Sequence record: SRR31156797_4117
DNA: 37,920 bases
Strand: one strand, 5' to 3'
Both the position numbers and the translations under genes were made by a program. Below, piece after piece: positions 1 to 9,643 of this stretch (position 1 is its first letter; each line of letters starts with the position of its first letter). The notes below the pieces were generated by a model. It ran no database searches. It was not told the origin of the DNA and saw only the letters and a list, made by a program, of their open reading frames with translations.

Positions 1-160
1 AACAAAAGACAAAATTTATGGGTGGTGATGTTTAATTGGATAAAAATCAAATACAATATACACAAGTGACTTTGGTAAGGTGGCGGTTTTAATTCTGATA
101 ATGAATGGGATTCACGTAATTTTAGCAAGACTTTTACCCGGCGTATAATAACAACACGAA

Positions 161-730
161 TTGAATAATATGAATGATATTTTTTTTGAAACAATATTCC
201 CGATTTTTGTAGTAATTGGAATGATTCTTTGGTTTTATTGTATTTGGTTCTATCATAAATATGATAAGAATACTAATAGGCTTATTTTTCTCTTATTTTT
301 TAATGTTTACTATGTTCCTTTTTATTTGTATAGAATAAAGGATTTGAAAAGAGAGAATAAAATAAAAGCACTTAGTGAGGAAATATTTGATTCTGAATTT
401 ATAAATCAATCGAGATTAAGTATTATAGAAGTTGTTGAGTTGTGGGCTTCTCCAAAAGATCAATTAGAGAATCTACAAGCTGACAATCAGGTAAATATTA
501 TAGAAGAACTATTTACTCAATGGAATGATTTTTATCGAATTGACAATAATATAATTGAAGAAGCATTTGCGGAATTCGAAATAGAATTGCTTGAAGCTTT
601 TAATAAATCGCTTCTTTTATCTCAAGAAAAATTTAGTGATATATATCCAGAGTTGGATGATTTTCAGAAGACAAATGATTGGAAGGTGTTAAATAAGCTA
701 GCTTTTGAAATTTTGAAAGAAATAAAATAA
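161..730 (+). CDS. Hypothetical membrane-anchored protein (2 N-terminal TM segments, acidic soluble C-terminal domain); start may be ATG at 170
   Basis: 189-aa ORF; hydrophobic IFPIFVVIGMILWFYCIWF and LIFLLFFNVYYVPFYLY; no recognised family. Confidence 0.6.
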   Translation: MNNMNDIFFETIFPIFVVIGMILWFYCIWFYHKYDKNTNRLIFLLFFNVYYVPFYLYRIKDLKRENKIKALSEEIFDSEFINQSRLSIIEVVELWASPKDQLENLQADNQVNIIEELFTQWNDFYRIDNNIIEEAFAEFEIELLEAFNKSLLLSQEKFSDIYPELDDFQKTNDWKVLNKLAFEILKEIK

Positions 731-740
731 TACAAAACTT

Positions 741-959
741 ATGAAATCATTAAAGTTGGGAAAATTAATTTTCAATAGAAAGGCTATATTTTTAATTGCC
801 TTTTGTCTTTTTCTTAATGGGGTTCTGATTGGAGCCTTGGTTGCTTATAATCAGGATGCTAATGAGTCGATAAATGTGATTCTGTTGCTATTTCTGATAT
901 TTTTACCTTATCTGCTTTTTTATAAGAGTATTGGAAAAAACATTACTGAAATGAATTGA
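741..959 (+). CDS. Small hypothetical 2-TM membrane protein
   Basis: 72 aa, two hydrophobic segments, 10 nt after the previous stop. Confidence 0.55.
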   Translation: MKSLKLGKLIFNRKAIFLIAFCLFLNGVLIGALVAYNQDANESINVILLLFLIFLPYLLFYKSIGKNITEMN

Positions 960-1130
960 AGTTGTTCGAACTTTCTGTTCTCACCCTTAATGGTTAACTC
1001 AAATAAAATTGCGATTGACTTTATTATATGTAAATTTAATCGGTTTGCTTACTTGTTGTATTAATGTGACCATAAGCTTGATTCACAAAAGTACATTAGC
1101 AAGCCCTTTGTAGTACATAACCCGCATTAA

Positions 1131-1577
1131 ATGATTGAAAGAATAATATTATCGATAGTGGCAATAGTAATGCTGATTCTGACAATTCAGAGGAAGGAAA
1201 GATTATCAATTGTATTGACCAGTGGGTTGACCTTGGGAATATTAATAATTTGGTTTGGAAATCTAATGCTAATACGAGTGGGAATGTTGACTTATCTGAT
1301 TTCTGCTTTGTGGATAATGCTTTATGGATTAAAAAAGAAAGAGTTGCTAACATATGAGAAGTTAATCATCTCATTGACGGGACTGTTTGCAGTTATAGCT
1401 AATCTTTTTGAATTGATGCATTATCCATACGCATACGAAATCGGATTAAGTATGATTATTCCATTAGTACTTTTTCTTTTCGCATTAGTTAGGGGATTGA
1501 TAAGGAAGTGTGAGTTAGGTTTTATGGTAATATTGAACCTTGAATTTTTAATCCGATTTATTAATGTTTGGAGTTAG
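1131..1577 (+). CDS. Hypothetical multi-pass membrane protein
   Basis: 148 aa, almost entirely hydrophobic helices. Confidence 0.6.
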   Translation: MIERIILSIVAIVMLILTIQRKERLSIVLTSGLTLGILIIWFGNLMLIRVGMLTYLISALWIMLYGLKKKELLTYEKLIISLTGLFAVIANLFELMHYPYAYEIGLSMIIPLVLFLFALVRGLIRKCELGFMVILNLEFLIRFINVWS

Positions 1578-1741
1578 GAAAATTAGTTAGTGTTTAACGA
1601 ACGGAATAAAGGTAGCTTGTTAGTGATTGAGTTTTCTTACTCCGCTGCACGAAATGAAGTTCGATAAAGTCAACCCTTTTCAGTTTTTCCATCACAGCAA
1701 TCTTTCAATTGAATCTACAAAACAGGTGGTATATCTTCCAT

Positions 1742-1774
1742 AAAAAAAGCATCACTCCTAAAAAGTGATGCTTT
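1742..1774 (-). terminator. Rho-independent terminator of the DnaJ-KTSC gene
   Basis: Stem aaagcatcact/agtgatgcttt (1746-1756/1764-1774) with a T-run on the minus strand, 20 nt after the stop. Confidence 0.8.
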
Positions 1775-1794
1775 ACTAATATATGGTAAGTCAA

Positions 1795-2259
1795 TTAAGC
1801 GACTTCAACTTCCTCAACGAGGGTAGCCTTCTTCGATCTTCTGTACAGATAGGAGTTATAGATATTTCTTTTAGCAAAACGCATTTGCTTATCAGAGTTA
1901 ATCAGTTTTTCAAAAACGCTTCTTTTCACACCAAAGTACTCGTAAGCCGATCCATCTAAAAATGTAATCTCAAGCAATAAGCCTTTGTGTTTAAAGTCCT
2001 CAATACCAACTTTAGTTGTGGTATGTTCATAGTCTTCAAGGTTTGCAGCTTTAGTTTCCGGAGCAATACTCACTAAGAAATGATACGCATCGATAATCTG
2101 ACGGCTTTTTAATTCAGCCTCTTCATACATTTCATGTCCTTCAGGAAATTTATCGGTATGCCACTCTTTTACTAAATTTCGGTAAGTTGATTTAAGACTT
2201 CTAAGTGTAGTGTCATTATCAACATTGAACAATTTCTTGTATTCATTAATACGCTTCAT
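1795..2259 (-). CDS. J-domain (DnaJ-like) plus KTSC domain protein
   Basis: N-terminal LKSTYRNLVKEWHTDKF...IIDAYHFL J-domain pattern; C-terminal LEITFLDGSAYEYFGV KTSC pattern. Confidence 0.8.
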   Translation of the reverse strand: MKRINEYKKLFNVDNDTTLRSLKSTYRNLVKEWHTDKFPEGHEMYEEAELKSRQIIDAYHFLVSIAPETKAANLEDYEHTTTKVGIEDFKHKGLLLEITFLDGSAYEYFGVKRSVFEKLINSDKQMRFAKRNIYNSYLYRRSKKATLVEEVEVA

Positions 2260-2493
2260 AGATGCTTCCTTTGTAAATTTCCTCTCGGTAGATTCTTAGG
2301 TGTTTTTAATGGCACACCCATGCCTTTTTTCAAAACAGCCGCAAAAGTATGCATTTAATAGTTATGAATACGATGTATTGATTTTTTTCTCCTTATGATA
2401 TTCCAAATAATTAATCTATAAAGCTGTAGTACAAGGCGGATTATTTTTTTTATAAAAAGCTAAAGTAGATTTAGTCTAAATAAAAAGATTTAG

Positions 2494-2526
2494 TATATTT
2501 GAATTAATATTTAAGTATGCTTAAAT
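2494..2526 (+). promoter_or_regulatory. Bacteroidota -7 box (TATATTTG, 2494-2501) followed by a palindromic putative DtxR/MntR operator (ATTTAAGTATGCTTAAAT, 2509-2526)
   Basis: Matches the TAnnTTTG consensus; 7-bp inverted arms just upstream of the DtxR-family gene. Confidence 0.6.
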
Positions 2527-2537
2527 CTTTTATTTTT

Positions 2538-3203
2538 ATGTCAGCATCAACAGAGAATTTTTTAAAAACCATTTATTGTTTTCGGAAGTTAGAAGCAAGA
2601 GATACCAAACCGGGTTCTATTGCCAAGGCTTTGGGCATTAGCAATGCGGCAGCTACTGATATGGCAAAAAAATTATCTGTTCGTAAGTTGGTTTTGTATG
2701 AGAAGTATCAACCCTTGAACTTGACCGATGAGGGAGAGAAGATTGCCTTGCAAATTATCAGAAAACACAGGCTTTGGGAAACTTTTCTGCACAGAACTTT
2801 CGGTATGTCTTTGTTGGAAATTCATCGTGAAGCTGAATTGCTGGAGCATCAAACATCGGATTTTATGGCGGATAAACTGTGGGAGTATTTGGGTAAACCC
2901 GATTGTGATCCACATGGAGATCCGATTCCGGATGTAGAAGGAAAGGTTCATTTGCACAAGGACAACCAGGTTCTTTACAAGGCAGATGTAAATGTGCTGT
3001 ATGAAATAAAAAGATTGATTAACAGGGATGAGGAGTTCTTTCAATTTTGTAAGGGAAATGGAATTGAGATAGGGACAAAGCTTCAGATTGTTAAGCAATA
3101 TTCTAAAAATAAATTAACCGAAATACTGATCCGGGAACAGAGAATCTTGATTCCTCAGGAGTTTTCAGGTCTTGTATATGTGAGACGGATCGGTGAACAG
3201 TGA
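2538..3203 (+). CDS. DtxR/MntR family metal-dependent transcriptional regulator with C-terminal FeoA-like domain
   Basis: STENFLKTIY, HTH region, RKHRLWETFL, EAELLEH, DPHGDPIP motifs; start chosen at MSASTEN because the upstream ATG 2517 lies inside the operator. Confidence 0.9.
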   Translation: MSASTENFLKTIYCFRKLEARDTKPGSIAKALGISNAAATDMAKKLSVRKLVLYEKYQPLNLTDEGEKIALQIIRKHRLWETFLHRTFGMSLLEIHREAELLEHQTSDFMADKLWEYLGKPDCDPHGDPIPDVEGKVHLHKDNQVLYKADVNVLYEIKRLINRDEEFFQFCKGNGIEIGTKLQIVKQYSKNKLTEILIREQRILIPQEFSGLVYVRRIGEQ

Positions 3204-3243
3204 ACAGTTATCAATTAATAAAGAATAATAAAACCTTAATATA

Positions 3244-5571
3244 ATGACTATAATGAGATACTTTTTTTTAATCCTTTGTTTCATTGGGATTAATGAAACT
3301 CTGCTGGCTCAGGGGACAGATGCCAATGTTTTTGGAGATGTGAAATCTCAAGAGAGTGGTGAGCACATTCCATTTGTAAATATTTATTTGGAAGGAACTA
3401 CCACAGGAATTACAACTGATCATACGGGACACTATTTATTGGTGAATCTACCGGAAGGTGATCATGTATTGGTAGCCAAATCGATGGGATATGAGACTGC
3501 GAAAAAGAATATAAAAGTCGTGAGTGGAAAAACCATAGAGGTGAATTTTGTATTGAAGGAACAGGTGATGTCGCTTGACGATGTGGTGGTTACCGGAACC
3601 AAAACCTTTAAAAGAAAAACCGAATCGGCTGTTATTGTAAATGTGATGGAAAGCAAGGCTCTGGAGCAGGTTCAGGCTTGTAACATTTCGGAAAGTTTGC
3701 GCTTTCAGCCAGGATTGCGAGTTGAAACGGATTGTCAGACTTGTAATTACACTCAGTTGCGTATGAATGGTTTAGGTGGTGGATATTCACAAATCCTGAT
3801 TAATGGTCGCCCGATATTTAGCCCATTAACCGGTCTGTATGGAATGGAACAAATTCCTAGTAATATGGTAGAGCGAATTGAGGTTGTACGAGGTGGAGGA
3901 TCTGCTTTGTATGGTTCGAGTGCTATTGGAGGAACGGTGAATGTAATTACTAAGATTCCATCGAAGCCAAGTTACGATTTTGGAGTTACCACTCAATTTA
4001 TCGATGGTAAAGAATCGGATGTGATCATGAATGGAAACATTAGCATGTTGAATCAGAAGCGCAATGCTGGTGCATCGATTTATATGAATCGAAGAACACG
4101 CAGCGCTTATGATGCGAATGGAGATAATTACTCTGAATTACCTGAACTGAAGAACAACTCGTTTGGTGCAAACTTGTTTTTTAAACCAACAGAAAACCAG
4201 AAAATAGAATTGAACTTTACCAGTTTGCATGAATACCGTTATGGTGGTGAAATGGTTGATAAGGCTGCTCATTTGGCGAAGCAATCTGAGGAAAGAACTC
4301 ATGATGTTTTAATGGGAGGTTTGGATTATCAGATCAATTTTAATGAGGACAATTCATCCTTTATTGCCTATGTTGCCGGACAATATACCGAACGAGCACA
4401 TTATACGGGAATTTATCCTGATTCAGCTGAAGATATTCAGGATCATTTGGCGAATCCTCCATATGGAGATACAGAGAATACGACTTTACAGTTTGGGACA
4501 CAGCTTAACCACAGACTGGATAATTTCTTTGGAGGAAAGAATATTATAACATTAGGAACAGAGTATGTTTATGATGATGTGTTCGATTCGATTCCGGCTT
4601 ACAATTATGAGACCGATCAGACAACTAAAAACTTTGGTGGATTCTTACAATCGGATTGGGAAGTAAGAAAGAACTTAAATTTGCTTGCCGGAGTTCGTGT
4701 GGATAAGCACAATCTGGTTGATAATGCTATTGTAAGTCCGCGTTTGTCCTTACTATACAAGTACAAAAAATCGACTCAGTTTCGTTTAACCTGGGGAACA
4801 GGTTTTAGAGCTCCTCAAGCTTTTGATTCTGATTTGCACATTGCTTTTGCAGGAGGTGGAATTTCAAGAATTATTTTGGCTGAAGGTTTAAAAGAAGAAC
4901 GTTCCAATTCACTGAGTGGATCGGTGAATTTCGATAAGGCAAGTGAGAAATGGATTGCTGGTTTTACTGTTGAAGGTTTTTATACCAAGCTGGATGATGC
5001 TTTTTATCTGCAACCAATTGGTGAAGATGAGTTTGGAGAGCGATTCGAAAAAAGAAATGGATCAGGTGCTAAAGTGCAGGGAATGACACTGGAATTGAGA
5101 GCGAATTACAATCGTAAGGCGCAATTCGAAGCTGGTTTTACTTTGCAGACAAGTAAGTTTGATGAGGCGGTTGAGAATATTGAAGGATTGCCAGCAAAAC
5201 GTGAATTTTTAAGAACACCTAAAGAGTATGGATATGCAAGTTTAAGCTATACTCCATCGCCTAAGTTTAGTGCAAGCTTGAGTAGTGTATACACAGGTCC
5301 AATGACCTTGGTTCATTATGCAGGGGCTCCTGAGCAAACAGTTGATGAGTATGTTACATCAAAATCGTTTACCGAATTGAATATGAAAGTGGGTTATACT
5401 TTTAAATTGAAAACGGTAGATTCCGGATTGGAACTGTTTGGAGGAATTAAGAATATGACCAATGAATATCAAAATGATTTTGATAGTGGAAAAAATAGAG
5501 ATTCTAATTATGTTTATGGACCTGGAGCGCCAAGAACATTTTATGTTGGGGTAAAACTAAAATCGTGGTAG
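3244..5571 (+). CDS. TonB-dependent receptor (probable divalent-metal uptake) with N-terminal carboxypeptidase-regulatory-like domain
   Basis: Signal peptide; VVVTGT; plug GLRVETDCQTC; ERIEVVRGGGSALYGSSAIGGTVNVITK; C-terminal PRTFYVGVKLKSW. Confidence 0.92.
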   Translation: MTIMRYFFLILCFIGINETLLAQGTDANVFGDVKSQESGEHIPFVNIYLEGTTTGITTDHTGHYLLVNLPEGDHVLVAKSMGYETAKKNIKVVSGKTIEVNFVLKEQVMSLDDVVVTGTKTFKRKTESAVIVNVMESKALEQVQACNISESLRFQPGLRVETDCQTCNYTQLRMNGLGGGYSQILINGRPIFSPLTGLYGMEQIPSNMVERIEVVRGGGSALYGSSAIGGTVNVITKIPSKPSYDFGVTTQFIDGKESDVIMNGNISMLNQKRNAGASIYMNRRTRSAYDANGDNYSELPELKNNSFGANLFFKPTENQKIELNFTSLHEYRYGGEMVDKAAHLAKQSEERTHDVLMGGLDYQINFNEDNSSFIAYVAGQYTERAHYTGIYPDSAEDIQDHLANPPYGDTENTTLQFGTQLNHRLDNFFGGKNIITLGTEYVYDDVFDSIPAYNYETDQTTKNFGGFLQSDWEVRKNLNLLAGVRVDKHNLVDNAIVSPRLSLLYKYKKSTQFRLTWGTGFRAPQAFDSDLHIAFAGGGISRIILAEGLKEERSNSLSGSVNFDKASEKWIAGFTVEGFYTKLDDAFYLQPIGEDEFGERFEKRNGSGAKVQGMTLELRANYNRKAQFEAGFTLQTSKFDEAVENIEGLPAKREFLRTPKEYGYASLSYTPSPKFSASLSSVYTGPMTLVHYAGAPEQTVDEYVTSKSFTELNMKVGYTFKLKTVDSGLELFGGIKNMTNEYQNDFDSGKNRDSNYVYGPGAPRTFYVGVKLKSW

Positions 5572-5593
5572 TATAAACTAAATTGTATTAAGA

Positions 5594-5635
5594 AAGCCTG
5601 AGTTGAACTTGTAATGAGTTGAATTCAGGTTTTTT
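5594..5635 (+). terminator. Rho-independent terminator after the TonB-dependent receptor
   Basis: gcctgagtt...aattcaggt stem with G-U pairs followed by a T-run. Confidence 0.65.
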
Positions 5636-5748
5636 AATTTATAATCTTAACAAATCATGTAAAAATGAGTGAATGGGAATCTGAACACTAAAAAATAATC
5701 CTATATTTAGCTTTGAGGTACAAATATAGCTTTAAAGCGCAGTTTTGA

Positions 5749-7722
5749 ATGATTAAATTCCAACCACTTTTATTTCTTTTCATTCTATTGGGTTTCGCTC
5801 CAGATGCATTTAGTCAGTCGGGAGGGAAAACTGTAAGTGAGTTATTTTCTGACATAGAGGTTTCTAAAAAAGTAAAGTTTTTAGGTGACGAATGTTGGAA
5901 ATTAAGAGAGCTTGATTCTGATTCTGCTTTGGTTTTAGGAGAGGAAGCTCTTCGTTTGGCAATTGCTCATGATATAAATAAAGAGTTGCCAAGACTTTAT
6001 GGTTTTATGGGTGTAATTCAATTGCACTATATGTATCGCCCGAAAGAATCCTTGCATTATCTTCATTCTTCATTAGAACAAAGTGTTAAGCAAAAGGATA
6101 GCATTCAGTTGGCATTTGCTTACAACAACCTGGGTGACCTGTATCTGTTTACGGGAAATATTCCATTATCATTAAAATTCTCGGAGCAATCTCTGGAACT
6201 TTTTACCGAAATAAACTACTCTGTTGGGAAGTCCTATTCGAATGTGAATATGGGATTGGTTCATCGAGAGAAAAAGAATTATAATCTGGCATTGGATTAT
6301 TTTAATAAGGCTATAGTTATTTGGGAGGAAATCGGTGAAGAGATAGGTATTGGCGCTGTTTATTTGGAGATGGCGAAAACCTATGAAGACATGGAAGATC
6401 TGGATATGGCAATGCTCTATTATCAAAAATCGTTACAACGTACAAGTGGTGAGCATTTGGTGCGATATGCAGCCTTTTGTTTGCATGGAATGGCAAACAT
6501 ATATTACAAGAGAAACAATTTGAAAAAAGCTCTGGAATACTATCAAAATGGAATACAAAGAAACCTGGAGCGAAATCATGAATTTGGATTGATTGATGAT
6601 TATATTGGATTGGCTTTTGTTTACGCCAAACAAAACAGGCGAGAAGAGGGAGAAATGTATCTTGAGAAAGCTATGGGTATTTCAAGAACTTTGGGCTTGA
6701 ATTCAAAAATATTGAAAGTAAACAAATCCTTTGCGAATTTTTATCAAATTCTGAATGATTTTAGGAAGTCAACAGAGTGTTACAATCGGTTTTTACATCA
6801 GTATGATTCTATTTATTCTATTCAACAGTTTGAGATCATTACGGAAATGCAAAACGGTTTTTCTGTGCAAAAATCCTTATTGGATACCGAGGAGGAATTG
6901 CATTTGCAAAAGACACAGGAAATTTACTTGTTGGTCATTATTTTATTAGTGCTGATTATTGCAGGCGTTATTTATGGAAGATTTATTTCTCATCGAAATT
7001 TGAATCGAAAATTATCGGAAATCAATCAATCGAAGGACAAACTTTTTTCGGTGATTTCGCATGATCTTAAAAATCCATTCAATTCATTAATAGGTTTTAG
7101 TGAGCTATTGCTTTCTGAAATTGAGAATAGAAACTATGAGAAAAGTAAGCGGTTTGCTACCTACTTGAATCAGGCTTCTGTTGAAGGGTTAAAATTACTT
7201 ACCAATCTATTGCATTGGTCTTTATCGCAAACCGGGCGAATTCAATACAATCCTGAATTGGTTAATTTTAATGATTTATTTTCTGAGCTAAAAGAGTTCT
7301 ACGAATTAGAATCTAAGGATTATAATGTGAATTTAAGTTTCGAAAACCTATTGCAAGATAAGGTTAGTGTGGATTTTAATATTCTTAGGATTATAATAAT
7401 TAACCTGGTTTCTAATGCATTGAAATATACTATGGAGGGAGGTGTTATTCTTGTAACAGCCTCGAGTAATGATAATAAGGTAAAAATAAAAGTAAGAGAT
7501 ACGGGGATTGGAATGTCGAAAGAGCGATTGAATAGTATATTCGATAAGGGTACTTTTGTAGAAAGTAAAAAGGGATTGCGAGATGAACACGGTACAGGTT
7601 TGGGCTTAAATATTGTTGACGAATTAGTACAAATTCATAAAGGTGAAATTAAAGTGAAAAGTGAGGAAGGAAAGGGAACCACTTTTGAGTTAGAGTTCCC
7701 TTTAAATCTTTCCAATATGTAA
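5749..7722 (+). CDS. TPR-containing sensor histidine kinase
   Basis: Signal peptide, TPR repeats (AYNNLGDLY, SNVNMGLVH), TM segment, H-box ISHDLKNPF, N-box NLVSNALKY, G-boxes DTGIG and GTGLGL. Confidence 0.92.
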   Translation: MIKFQPLLFLFILLGFAPDAFSQSGGKTVSELFSDIEVSKKVKFLGDECWKLRELDSDSALVLGEEALRLAIAHDINKELPRLYGFMGVIQLHYMYRPKESLHYLHSSLEQSVKQKDSIQLAFAYNNLGDLYLFTGNIPLSLKFSEQSLELFTEINYSVGKSYSNVNMGLVHREKKNYNLALDYFNKAIVIWEEIGEEIGIGAVYLEMAKTYEDMEDLDMAMLYYQKSLQRTSGEHLVRYAAFCLHGMANIYYKRNNLKKALEYYQNGIQRNLERNHEFGLIDDYIGLAFVYAKQNRREEGEMYLEKAMGISRTLGLNSKILKVNKSFANFYQILNDFRKSTECYNRFLHQYDSIYSIQQFEIITEMQNGFSVQKSLLDTEEELHLQKTQEIYLLVIILLVLIIAGVIYGRFISHRNLNRKLSEINQSKDKLFSVISHDLKNPFNSLIGFSELLLSEIENRNYEKSKRFATYLNQASVEGLKLLTNLLHWSLSQTGRIQYNPELVNFNDLFSELKEFYELESKDYNVNLSFENLLQDKVSVDFNILRIIIINLVSNALKYTMEGGVILVTASSNDNKVKIKVRDTGIGMSKERLNSIFDKGTFVESKKGLRDEHGTGLGLNIVDELVQIHKGEIKVKSEEGKGTTFELEFPLNLSNM

Positions 7723-7725
7723 TTG

Positions 7726-9345
7726 TTATTGCATGATTGTTGAATAAAATTCGGGAGATTTTCTGTGTTTTGTTGCTTGTTCGTATGCGTAGGCAAATTG
7801 AATTAATTTTTGCTCCGAGAAAGCTTCTGCAAAGAATGAAATGCCAACCGGTAAACTGTGTACAAATCCTGCAGGAACTGTAATGTTTGGATAGCCAGAC
7901 ACTGCTGCAGCTTCGCTACTTCCTCCACCATAATGATCTCCATTGATTAAATCGATACTCCAGGCAGGACCATTTGTAGGTGCGATTAATGCATCAAGAT
8001 TGTGCTTTTGGAGTGTAGCATCAATTCCTTTTTTACCAGCCAATTCTTTACACTTTTTTAATGCATCAAGATATTCAGGTTCATTCAAATCTCCCTTTTT
8101 GTTTGCCATTTCCATAATCTCTTGTCCAAACCATGGCATTTCAAGATCAGCATATTGTTTGTTAAAGGCAATCACATCTTCTAAGGTTTTCACAATAGGG
8201 TATTTACAAGAAGCTAAATATTTGTTCAAATCGTTTTTAAACTCATACAATAGTACTTCAAATTCTTCACTGCTGTATTGATGAAGGTTTTCAAGTTCTA
8301 CATCAATGAGTTCGGCTCCCGCAGATTTCAAATCTTCTATTGCTTTTTCCATGATTTTATCCACTTCAGTATGGAATCCGAACAGTTGACGTACAATGCC
8401 AATTCTGGCTCCATGCAAAGCTTTGGAATTTAGATTTTTGGCATAATTAATTGCTGAATTGTTGTTGTTAAGGGTGATTTTATCACTGTTATCCTTAGCT
8501 GTCATTACACTTAGTAATATTGCAGCATCTTCAACCGATTTTGCCATTGGACCGGCTGTATCCTGTGAGTGAGCAATTGGAACAATTCCAGATCTGCTAA
8601 CCAATCCGAGAGTTGGCTTTATTCCTACAATGCCGTTGTGTCCCGAAGGGCAAACAACTGATCCGTCTGTTTCGGTTCCTAAAGCTGCCACACAAAGATT
8701 GGCTGCTACGGCAACTCCTGATCCTGAACTTGATCCACAAGGAGATCTGTCAATCACATAAGGGTTGTGGGTTTGACCACCTCTTCCGCTCCATCCACTC
8801 GATGAGCGCGTACTTCTAAAGTTTGCCCATTCACTTAAATTGGTTTTGGCTAAAATGAGAGCACCAGCCTCTCGTAATTGTTTCACAACAAAAGCATCAA
8901 ATTCAGCAAAATTTCCTTCCAATGCATAGGATCCTGCCGTAGTCATCATTTTATCGCCGGTATTAATATTGTCTTTAAGCATAATAGGAATACCATGTAA
9001 TGGTCCTCTGATTATGCCAGCTTTTCGTTCTTCATCAAGTTGTCGGGCAAGCGGTAAAGCATCCGTGTTGATATCTATTACAGCATTTATTTTTGGTCCA
9101 TTTTTATCGATGTTTTCAATTCTATCCAAATAGGCAATTACCAATTCTTCCGAACTTAGCTGCCCTGAATTCATCAAATCTAACAATTCAGCTATACTTT
9201 TTTCATTGTAAGGGAAATTGTTAAAATCTTCCTGGTTAGGAATTTTTTCTTCCGGATTACTGGAACTTTGACATGCTTGTAAGCCTAAGCCTGAAACAAA
9301 AGCAGCACTAATTGCGGAAAGAGAAATGAATTGACGTCTCTTCAT
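7726..9345 (-). CDS. Amidase-signature family enzyme, predicted Tat-exported lipoprotein
   Basis: LHGIPIMLKDNI, GSSSGSG, GTETDGS catalytic motifs; N-terminus MKRRQF...LQAC. Confidence 0.92.
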   Translation of the reverse strand: MKRRQFISLSAISAAFVSGLGLQACQSSSNPEEKIPNQEDFNNFPYNEKSIAELLDLMNSGQLSSEELVIAYLDRIENIDKNGPKINAVIDINTDALPLARQLDEERKAGIIRGPLHGIPIMLKDNINTGDKMMTTAGSYALEGNFAEFDAFVVKQLREAGALILAKTNLSEWANFRSTRSSSGWSGRGGQTHNPYVIDRSPCGSSSGSGVAVAANLCVAALGTETDGSVVCPSGHNGIVGIKPTLGLVSRSGIVPIAHSQDTAGPMAKSVEDAAILLSVMTAKDNSDKITLNNNNSAINYAKNLNSKALHGARIGIVRQLFGFHTEVDKIMEKAIEDLKSAGAELIDVELENLHQYSSEEFEVLLYEFKNDLNKYLASCKYPIVKTLEDVIAFNKQYADLEMPWFGQEIMEMANKKGDLNEPEYLDALKKCKELAGKKGIDATLQKHNLDALIAPTNGPAWSIDLINGDHYGGGSSEAAAVSGYPNITVPAGFVHSLPVGISFFAEAFSEQKLIQFAYAYEQATKHRKSPEFYSTIMQ

Positions 9346-9643
9346 GGTGTATAGAATTATAGGTTTGTATGTAGTGATTTTCCTTAAATGTAGGAAAAAA
9401 AGAATTATTTCAGGATTTGTCAGTCAAAAAGAGAGTGAGGGATTTGCTACTGATAAATACCTGTGAACTTACTGTCTGTATTGGACTTGCGATCCTCAGC
9501 CTTGGAGGTCAGGGAATTGATGTTTGAGCTAGGTGTTAAGCTATTTGGAGAAAAGGCATGCTCTGATTTTAATTTTTTTTATCTTGCAGACGTGGATTCT
9601 ATCATCTCATGCTATATGATTGTTACCACAACACAACTGAACC

